Positions 16,277 through 24,000 of a stretch of 24,000 nucleotides of DNA are shown in pieces (the stretch's first letter is position 1; every line of letters starts with the position of its first letter). This DNA is from Parendozoicomonas sp. Alg238-R29 (GTDB lineage Bacteria > Pseudomonadota > Gammaproteobacteria > Pseudomonadales > Endozoicomonadaceae), in NCBI RefSeq assembly GCF_947331445.1, contig NZ_CAMZOG010000022.1, positions 15,302 to 39,301 on the forward strand, given 5' to 3'. The position numbers and the translations under genes are program-made. A model generated the notes under the pieces. That model was not told the DNA's origin and made no database searches. It worked only from the letters and a program-made list of their open reading frames with translations.

Positions 16277-17857
16277 TCAGTGAGTGCTCATGGCGGTTTC
16301 GCCAGAAGAGAGTTGTTCATGGTGATAGCGACCAGTATGCAGACTGCTCGGCCCCAGCTTGGCATATTTCACCATCAGGTACATTTCGATCACCGCAAAT
16401 ACACCGTAGAACACGGTGAAGCCAGCAATACTCATATAAAGGTCATTCACTGTGAGATTGGAGGCTGACATCCAGGTGGGCAGCATTCCCGCAACTGTCC
16501 AGGGCTGGCGACCATACTCGGCCACAAACCAGCCAGCTTCGGCGGCGATCCAAGGCAGTGGTAATGAGAACAAGACAATAGTCAGGAATGTGCGACTCGT
16601 GTACTCGGTGCGGCGTGCGGTTTTGTAGAATGCGGTTGCAAACACAAATAGCATAATAAAGCCGCAACCCACCATAATGCGGAAGGCGAAAAACATCGGC
16701 CAAACCTGAGGAATGGTATCTTCAGCAGCCATGCGAATCTGTTCTGGTGTTGCGTCTACCACATCGTCGGTATAACGCTTAAGCAGCAGTCCGTAACCGA
16801 GAGTATCCTGGATAGAAAGGAAGGCCTCACGTTTTTCGGGAGTATCATTACCAGACTTCAGGTCTTCTAGCAGGCGGTAGGCCTCCATACCATCGTAAAT
16901 ACGGCGCTCGTTACGATCGATCAGGTCTTTGATACCCATAACTTCTTTATCAAAAGAGCGGGTGGCAATAATGCCCATAGCCCAGGGAACACGGACGGCA
17001 AAGTCGGTTTCCATATTTTCCTGATCAGGCAAACCAATCACTGTAAATGGTGCAGGGGCAGGGTGGGTGTTCCATTCTGCTTCGATAGCTGCCAGTTTCA
17101 CCTGCTGAACATCACCCAGCTCATAGCCAGATTCATCGCCTAGCAGAATAACAGAAAGGATTGAAGCCATGCCGAAGCCTGCGGCTACAGCAAAGGAGCG
17201 TCGGGCAAAGCCGATATCACGGTTCTTCAACAGATAGTAAGCACTGATAGACAGCACAAACATAGAGGCAGTTGTATAACCGGAGGCAGCGGTATGAACG
17301 AATTTTACCTGAGCAACGGGATTAAAAATCACCTCAGCAAAGCTCACCATCTCCATACGCATAGTTTCAAAGTTAAACTCAGCGCCGACCGGGTTCTGCA
17401 TCCAGGCATTGGCAATCAAAATCCACAGAGCCGAGAAGTTGGAACCAATAGCAACCAACCAGGTGCAACCCAGATGTTGAACACGGCTCATACGATCCCA
17501 GCCGAAGAAGAACATGCCAACAAAGGTGGATTCGAGGAAGAAGGCCACGAGGGCTTCAATGGCCAGCGGAGCACCGAAAATATCACCCACATAGTGGGAG
17601 TAGTAAGACCAGTTGGTGCCAAACTGGAACTCCATGGTCAGGCCCGTTGCAACACCCAGAGCGAAGTTGATACCAAACAACTTACCCCAGAAACGGGTCA
17701 TATCTTTGTAAACCTGCTTGCCGGTCATAACGTAGACCGACTCCATAATGGCGAGCATAAAGCTCATGCCAAGAGTGAGGGGAACAAAGAGGAAATGGTA
17801 AAGCGCTGTCAGGGCAAATTGCAGCCGCGACAGATCGACAACGTAGTCTGAGATCAT
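16277..17857 (-). CDS. cydA: Cytochrome bd-I ubiquinol oxidase subunit I
   Basis: 526-aa ORF, highly similar to E. coli CydA. Matching blocks are [69 protein letters not shown], the Q-loop KLAAIEAEW and [12 protein letters not shown]. Confidence 0.95.
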   Translation of the reverse strand: MISDYVVDLSRLQFALTALYHFLFVPLTLGMSFMLAIMESVYVMTGKQVYKDMTRFWGKLFGINFALGVATGLTMEFQFGTNWSYYSHYVGDIFGAPLAIEALVAFFLESTFVGMFFFGWDRMSRVQHLGCTWLVAIGSNFSALWILIANAWMQNPVGAEFNFETMRMEMVSFAEVIFNPVAQVKFVHTAASGYTTASMFVLSISAYYLLKNRDIGFARRSFAVAAGFGMASILSVILLGDESGYELGDVQQVKLAAIEAEWNTHPAPAPFTVIGLPDQENMETDFAVRVPWAMGIIATRSFDKEVMGIKDLIDRNERRIYDGMEAYRLLEDLKSGNDTPEKREAFLSIQDTLGYGLLLKRYTDDVVDATPEQIRMAAEDTIPQVWPMFFAFRIMVGCGFIMLFVFATAFYKTARRTEYTSRTFLTIVLFSLPLPWIAAEAGWFVAEYGRQPWTVAGMLPTWMSASNLTVNDLYMSIAGFTVFYGVFAVIEMYLMVKYAKLGPSSLHTGRYHHEQLSSGETAMSTH

Positions 17858-17970
17858 AGGGACACCATGCAGCAGGAAAGGGTGTTCAGTAAGGCCAAAA
17901 CCGAACGGCAGACGAAACGCTGCTGTGGTTGGTTCAGGGTATTCCTGTAGCCTTGTCGGTAACCTTGCGT

Positions 17971-18013
17971 AGTATAGGTGGTGGTTGTTTTATGGCCGGT
18001 TGATGCAGGTCAA
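17971..18013 (-). promoter_or_regulatory. Candidate FNR/CRP-family site plus -10 element upstream of cydA
   Basis: The minus strand reads TTGAC-CTGC-ATCAA (18013-18000), a 9/10 match to the FNR consensus TTGAT-N4-ATCAA. It is followed 23 nt later by TATACT (17976-17971). This places the site centre near -42, a class-II-like geometry. It lies ~145 bp upstream of the cydA ATG. Confidence 0.35.
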
Positions 18014-18190
18014 TGTTTTCTCGGCGGCTTATGATCTTTTCCTATCGACATGTTTAGTTTTTTCTATGAGTTGTGAACTTCTGGTAGTAACCGTTCGTAT
18101 AGCTTGTGTTGATGTTAGGGGATGTGTGGAACTAGTGCTGTGTGGTTGTCTCAAAGAAGGGTGTGTCTTTACCTTTCGGAGATTATAGAG

Positions 18191-18733
18191 ATGAAAAAAA
18201 CGGTACTGACTTTGTTTGGAGTCATTCTTTTTATGGGGGCGGCCAGCGTATTCGGTGAATCATTGAGGCTGAGAGCTTTGAATAAAGACCCCTTTAAGAT
18301 TGACTGTAACTACGATGTTTATTTTTCTAACGATAATAACAGTTCGCTAATTAAGGCTACGGCAAACTATGTGGCTCCGGGGTATATGGTGTTTAATTAC
18401 TACAATACCTTGAGAGTGAAGCACGAAGCTTATCAAGATTATAACGGTACAGTCCTGCCCAAACCGGGTAACCGTTTACCTTATAAGACATACCTGATCA
18501 GTTATCTGAAGAAAAGTATCGCCTACCCATATTCCGTAACAAAAACTGTGGATAAGAAAGAAACCGGGCTGGCTGTTTGGGATGGATATTCTCTCGACGG
18601 AGCTTATGGCGAGGACAATAATTATCTGAAGCCTGGCTCTGTTTATCTGGCACCTGCTGCGCTTGACACTATGAACGATATTGCCGTTAGCCATATTGTT
18701 CAACGCTGTGAAGAGATTAATACTCAAGAGTGA
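18191..18733 (+). CDS. Orphan secreted protein, Tyr/Asn-rich, unknown function
   Basis: The ORF track starts at 18122. I prefer the ATG at 18191, which has GGAG 9 nt upstream. The signal peptide is MKKTVLTLFGVILFMGAASVFG|ES. The mature ~158 aa is rich in Y/N/K and has two Cys. I recognise no family. It looks AT-richer than its neighbours. Confidence 0.7.
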   Translation: MKKTVLTLFGVILFMGAASVFGESLRLRALNKDPFKIDCNYDVYFSNDNNSSLIKATANYVAPGYMVFNYYNTLRVKHEAYQDYNGTVLPKPGNRLPYKTYLISYLKKSIAYPYSVTKTVDKKETGLAVWDGYSLDGAYGEDNNYLKPGSVYLAPAALDTMNDIAVSHIVQRCEEINTQE

Positions 18734-18969
18734 GGCAGCTGTTCCGTCAGTAAATCAACCAATACGCGAACCTTGGGGGAAAGGTGTCTGTTCGGTGGAT
18801 AAACCGCCCAGATGCCTTCGTCCGGCTCCTGAAACTGTTCAAGTAATGTCACCAGTTGATTGTCTTCAATAGCCTGCGCTGTAGATAAACCAAGTTTACG
18901 GGACGCCTCGGTAAAACTGCCCAGCTCTGCTATAGCTACAAACTCTGAAATACCCGCCCATTGCAGCAT
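18724..18969 (-). pseudogene. LysR-family regulator remnant with an in-frame internal deletion (81 codons instead of ~300)
   Basis: The N-terminal 32 aa (MLQWAGISEFVAIAELGSFTEASRKLGLSTAQ) are the start of a LysR HTH. They join directly to a typical LysR C-terminal end (QLVTLLEQFQEPDEGIWAVYPPNRHLSPKVRVLVDLLTEQL). The rest of the HTH and almost the whole effector domain are missing. It is divergent from frmA. Confidence 0.7.
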
Positions 18970-18974
18970 AATTA

Positions 18975-18988
18975 TTACATATAGGTAA
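18975..18988. promoter_or_regulatory. Candidate LysR-type box (TTAC-N6-GTAA; contains T-N11-A)
   Basis: The inverted repeat TTACatatagGTAA lies 6 bp upstream of the LysR-remnant ATG, in the divergent spacer shared with frmA. The assignment is speculative. Confidence 0.25.
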
Positions 18989-19032
18989 AAATGAATTACT
19001 TTAGCTGAGGATTATCTCTTAATTAGAAGTGA

Positions 19033-20238
<1,206 letters not shown>

Positions 20239-20306
20239 TTTGCCTTGAGGCTCCTGTCGCTCCTTTAGCTAGGCTGTCAGGGGCTTTGACTTTATCGGGT
20301 GCTCGA

Positions 20307-21149
20307 ATGTCTCTTGAAAATATAAGTGCTAATAAAAGCTTTGGTGGCTGGCACAAACAATATCGCCACCGTTCCCAGATCTTGAACTGTGAAATGCGGT
20401 TTGCTATTTACCTGCCACCGGCCGCTGAATCTGCAAAGGTTCCAGTTTTTTACTGGTTGTCGGGGTTAACGTGCACAGATGAAAACTTTATGCAAAAGGC
20501 TGGAGCCTTTCGTACTGCAGCCGAGCTTGGTATTGCCATTGTCGCTCCTGATACCAGCCCCAGAGGAGAAGGGGTGAGTGACGACCCGGAAGGTACCTAT
20601 GATTTTGGTTTAGGGGCAGGCTTTTATCTGAACGCGACACAGGCACCGTGGAATCGCCACTATCACATGTACGACTATGTTACGAAAGAGTTGCCTGCGC
20701 TGATTGAGGAGCACTTTCCTGTTTCTGATATTCGCAGTGTCAGTGGGCACTCCATGGGCGGACACGGGGCCTTGACCATCGCCCTTAAAAATCCGGAGAT
20801 GTACCAAGCTGTTTCTGCGTTCAGCCCTATCTGTCATCCTGTAAACTGCCCATGGGGGCAGAAGGCTCTGACCGGTTATTTGGGAGATAGTCGCGAAGCA
20901 TGGGAACAGTATGACGCCAGTCTGCTCATGCAAAAGGCGGCGACAAAAGTTCCTGCTTTAGTGGATCAAGGAACAAATGATAATTTCCTGAAAGAGCAGC
21001 TAAAGCCGGAAGCTCTCAAGCAAGCAGCCAAAGTGTCTGGATACCCTCTGGAACTGCGCATGCAGGAAGGTTACGACCACAGTTATTATTTTATCGCCAG
21101 TTTTATTGATGAGCACCTAAGGTTTCATCACCAATACTTGGTTAACTGA
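20307..21149 (+). CDS. frmB: S-formylglutathione hydrolase (esterase D family)
   Basis: The ORF track begins at a TTG at 20286. I prefer the ATG at 20307 (MSLENISANKSFGGWHKQYRH). Motifs are YWLSGLTCTDENF, the nucleophile elbow GHSMGGHGAL, DQGTNDNFL and GYDHSYYFI. It is directly downstream of frmA. Confidence 0.93.
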   Translation: MSLENISANKSFGGWHKQYRHRSQILNCEMRFAIYLPPAAESAKVPVFYWLSGLTCTDENFMQKAGAFRTAAELGIAIVAPDTSPRGEGVSDDPEGTYDFGLGAGFYLNATQAPWNRHYHMYDYVTKELPALIEEHFPVSDIRSVSGHSMGGHGALTIALKNPEMYQAVSAFSPICHPVNCPWGQKALTGYLGDSREAWEQYDASLLMQKAATKVPALVDQGTNDNFLKEQLKPEALKQAAKVSGYPLELRMQEGYDHSYYFIASFIDEHLRFHHQYLVN

Positions 21150-23061
21150 ACAGACTCAAGGTTCTGCGGGCATTGTAAGTAGTGGTTTCCCATTGACGAG
21201 GAATCTCCGGCACAGTAATTGTTGGGCTGGTTTGGGTGTTACCTGGTGTTTGTGGCGTTTCATGCTGGGCGATAAACTCCAGTCTTGAACGATCTGCATG
21301 GTAATTTTCTGCCAGAAAACTGATAGTGGCCTCCCCAAGCGGAACTCTATAGTAACGTATCAAGTTTTGGGCCAGCTTCTCTGCCATATCCCCAAGATTG
21401 ACATGAACAGCGCTGGCCATGGCCTGCCCTAACGCAGCCTTGGTCATGGGGCTCATGCCCGGTTCCAAAGGCGCCATGGTCGACAGTGGTGTGTTATCTA
21501 TCGCTCTTTGCACCTCAGGAGAGTGGAGGTGAATATGAGGGGTTAAAATTAATACCGTTTCAATCGCCAGTTCCCGTGCCCGGCTGATAGTCAGTATCCT
21601 CTCATGATTGTTGGCATCTTGATTATAACCGCTGTAATGACGCAGGCGGGTTTCTTCCAGCCAGCTTCCGAGATCCCGGGCAACAGCCATTTTTTCTTCA
21701 TCATCCAGCATGATGACTTGTTCGGAGATGCGTAACCCCCGTTTCAGGGCAGAGTCTGTGTCGCTTTGCCATTTGCGACTTCTGTGTTGCCACACTTTCA
21801 GGGCTCGATTGAATCGGCGGCTGGCTCGCCCCTGCTGTTGGTTAGCAGATTGAACTTCTTTGTAGAGTTCCTGAGTTTTATCCAGTTGAGCCAAGCGCAT
21901 CTGTAAAGCACCCAGGTTTTGCCCGGTTTGGTTAATATGGCGACGTGCGTCGTTCACTTCCTGAGCTAGCTTGCTGATACCGTCAATGGACGCCTCCAGC
22001 AGAACCCGAACACTCAACCCTTGTGCAGCAGCAATATCCTGGTTGGGGAAAACATAATCGATGTACGCTGTCAGGGCGCGTAAGCGGCTGTATACCTTTG
22101 CCCGGGCAACCCGGTAGTCATTCCTGCACTGCTCAAGGCGATCCAAAGCTTTGCTCAGGTTCCAGTCACCACCGGTGTATTCCACTTTCAGGTAAGTAAT
22201 TTTTCGTCCGCACATCAGCTCAAAGCAGAGCGCCATCATGTGCTCAACATCGGGCAGGGTGATAAGTTCCTCATTCTCCTGCTCTATCGCTGCCAGAATA
22301 CGTTCAAGGAAGAGTCGTTCCCGTGGCTGCCCCTGACGAATATCGGGAGCCTGACCGGCAAGGCGCGCTGCCATAGCCGTTGCAATGCGAGGGTGAGACT
22401 GTCGCAGTGTGGCAACATGTTCGGCCGAAGCATCAGCAATACCACTGACAATATCCAGCATCCGGTTATAAAGACCGGCCCGGCGAAACTGTTCGATACG
22501 TTCAGCACTGCGAGCAAGGTTGCTGTCGTTTGTTAAATCTTCAATAGCGCCGGCTACCCATTCCGGGCCGAGATCAAATTTACGTAGCAGGATACCTGCG
22601 GACTCTATGCGACGGGTATCCTGGCCCAGATTGGCAAGGCGCAGGTCGCGCACCATATAGATAATTTCTGGCAGGCGGTCGATCACTTCCAGTAGTCGTC
22701 GGCTATCGTTGGATTGTTTGCGCCCCTGGGTAATGCCATAGAAAAATTTTGTTGCCAGACCAAGCAGGCCGGCAATGATTGAATAGGCGACAAAGTAAAG
22801 AGAACGCTCGAGATCCATGGGGTGGCCGTAGCCGATCCATGTTGCGCTCCAGGCTGCCAGGAGTGTGACCGGGCCAGCCGTCCAGGCCAGCATGATCAAG
22901 GTCAGGCCGACGGGTTCTTGATGTGGGGCGCTGGCAACTTTTTCCAGGAATTTCTGACCACGGGTTTCCAGCTCCAGACTGCTGGTTCCCTTACTCAGAC
23001 CTTTACTGGTTCCTTTTCTTAATGAGAATAGCCACATGACAGAACACTGGAATACAAGCAC
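21142..23061 (-). CDS. Hypothetical two-TM membrane-anchored protein with a ~520-aa helix-rich cytoplasmic region; unknown function
   Basis: 631-639 aa. The start is ambiguous (GTG 23061 or ATG 23037), and neither has a clear SD. It has a basic N-terminus (KGTSKGLSKGTSS) and two hydrophobic helices (GLTLIMLAWTAGPVTLLAAWSATWIGY; LYFVAYSIIAGLLGLATKFFYGI). A long Arg/Gln/Leu-rich region has a coiled-coil-like stretch (KLAQEVNDARRHINQTGQNLGALQMRLAQLDKTQELYKEVQ). The tail is Thr/Pro/Gln-rich. I see no Walker, nuclease or other catalytic motif. Confidence 0.8.
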   Translation of the reverse strand: MLVFQCSVMWLFSLRKGTSKGLSKGTSSLELETRGQKFLEKVASAPHQEPVGLTLIMLAWTAGPVTLLAAWSATWIGYGHPMDLERSLYFVAYSIIAGLLGLATKFFYGITQGRKQSNDSRRLLEVIDRLPEIIYMVRDLRLANLGQDTRRIESAGILLRKFDLGPEWVAGAIEDLTNDSNLARSAERIEQFRRAGLYNRMLDIVSGIADASAEHVATLRQSHPRIATAMAARLAGQAPDIRQGQPRERLFLERILAAIEQENEELITLPDVEHMMALCFELMCGRKITYLKVEYTGGDWNLSKALDRLEQCRNDYRVARAKVYSRLRALTAYIDYVFPNQDIAAAQGLSVRVLLEASIDGISKLAQEVNDARRHINQTGQNLGALQMRLAQLDKTQELYKEVQSANQQQGRASRRFNRALKVWQHRSRKWQSDTDSALKRGLRISEQVIMLDDEEKMAVARDLGSWLEETRLRHYSGYNQDANNHERILTISRARELAIETVLILTPHIHLHSPEVQRAIDNTPLSTMAPLEPGMSPMTKAALGQAMASAVHVNLGDMAEKLAQNLIRYYRVPLGEATISFLAENYHADRSRLEFIAQHETPQTPGNTQTSPTITVPEIPRQWETTTYNARRTLSLFS

Positions 23062-23139
23062 CGATAGTGGGTGGATTGTATGATAACGTGAGAGAAAAAT
23101 GCCATGGCACAGGTGGTCATAGCACAGGAATATCTATTG

Positions 23140-24000
23140 TTATGAGCCGATCACAAGTTCAGTCACTGTGACAGTGCGATTACGACCTTCAGCTTTGGCC
23201 TTGTAGAGGGCTCTGTCAGATTTGGCCATTAAGTGGCGCAGTTCAAAACCACAAGTTTCACTGTCAGCAACACCAATACTGACGGTGACCGGGCGGCCTT
23301 CCAGTTCTGCGAAGTCGAGGCTGGATACACCTTTACGAATCCGTTCGGCAATATTGATCGCCGCATTCATATCCGCCTGCGGCAGAAGTACGATAAATTC
23401 TTCTCCACCAATACGAGCCAGCAGATCCCGTTCCCTTAGGTTATCCCGACACACTTCAGCAAACTGTTTAAGTACATGGTCGCCAAAAGCGTGGCCATGG
23501 TTATCGTTCAGTGGTTTAAACAGGTCAATATCAAGATAGAGCAATGCTAGCCCGTAGCTATTTTCCTGTAAGCGGCGAATGGTTGCTCTGGCTTCCCTGA
23601 AAAACGCTCGACGATTAAGAATGCCTGTCAGACTATCGGCATCAGCTTCGTGTTGCAGCTTTCGATAATTGTTGCTGGCCATAAACAGGGTGCAGGCATG
23701 ATTAGAGATATCCATGCTCAACTGGAGGTGATCGGCTTCAAGGCTCTTGCCTTCAAGGGACTGCATAATGACCAGTGTCCAGCTGTTACTGTCCCAATAC
23801 ACCGGCACCACATTCAAATGACGGCTGTCTTCTGCTTCCGGTAAAGGGGGAAGAGTGCTGATTTGACCGTGGCGGGCAATACTTTCCAAGAGCTGAACAC
23901 GATTCTCAAGAGTTCGCTCAAAATATATCTGTTCACTGAAGGTCAGCCCCACAACCTTCATCTGTTTGTCCCGGAAAAGAACCACAACAGAGGTTTCAAT
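23140..24000 (-). CDS. Diguanylate cyclase (GGDEF domain), 5' end probably outside the window
   Basis: The GGDEF domain includes DSLTGILNRRAF, LDIDLFKPLNDNHGHAFGD, the active site RIGGEEF, SIGVA and RALYKAKAEGRNR. RERD lies 5 residues before GGEEF and fits the RxxD I-site. The ORF-track start at 23985 is a GTG, and the frame stays open to 24000 (IETSVV...). About 110 aa of an unassigned N-terminal sensor-like region are visible. Confidence 0.9.
   Translation of the reverse strand: METSVVVLFRDKQMKVVGLTFSEQIYFERTLENRVQLLESIARHGQISTLPPLPEAEDSRHLNVVPVYWDSNSWTLVIMQSLEGKSLEADHLQLSMDISNHACTLFMASNNYRKLQHEADADSLTGILNRRAFFREARATIRRLQENSYGLALLYLDIDLFKPLNDNHGHAFGDHVLKQFAEVCRDNLRERDLLARIGGEEFIVLLPQADMNAAINIAERIRKGVSSLDFAELEGRPVTVSIGVADSETCGFELRHLMAKSDRALYKAKAEGRNRTVTVTELVIGS

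Noticed and set aside
17294-17851. 185-aa ORF antisense to cydA
   Set aside because: It is a shadow ORF inside a highly conserved gene, and its translation has no recognisable features.
17985-18188. 67-aa Cys-rich hydrophobic ORF in the cydA and orphan-gene spacer
   Set aside because: It starts at a TTG without an SD and overlaps the predicted cydA promoter and FNR site. Its GT-rich sequence gives Cys/Val-rich artefact frames.

Overview
This is a chromosomal window that reads like a gammaproteobacterium. The organism cannot be determined from sequence alone, and GC looks near 50% by eye.

Gene order, left to right:
- rlmD-relA-mazG (+)
- an orphan XRE-HTH fusion gene (+)
- trmJ (-)
- cydD-cydC (+)
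- an SbmA/BacA-like transporter (-), divergent from a secreted DUF1223 CxxC protein (+)
- a possible 56-aa two-TM ORF (-)
- a DAACS glutamate/aspartate-type symporter (-)
- cydA-cydB-cydX (-); cydX is below the ORF-track cutoff and was found by hand translation
- an AT-richer orphan secreted protein (+)
- an 81-codon in-frame remnant of a LysR regulator (-), divergent from frmA-frmB (+)
- a 639-aa two-TM, helix-rich protein of unknown function (-), directly downstream of a GGDEF diguanylate cyclase gene (-) that runs off the right edge

I recognise no rRNA, tRNA, CRISPR array, transposase, integrase, phage gene or known defence-system enzyme. I therefore cannot point to a clear-cut novel system.

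The most novelty-prone items are:
1. the GGDEF plus 639-aa unknown membrane protein pair
2. the single-gene XRE-HTH plus unassigned ~240-aa domain between mazG and trmJ
3. in-frame 15-bp tandem repeats encoding pentapeptide tails on two transporters (SbmA-like GYNNS x5, CydD GELGV x3), and a CydC that ends ~27 aa early
4. the collapsed LysR regulator next to frmAB
5. the orphan secreted protein
6. a long, possibly structured leader in front of the symporter

All family assignments rest on my own motif and sequence recognition. No database search was run.
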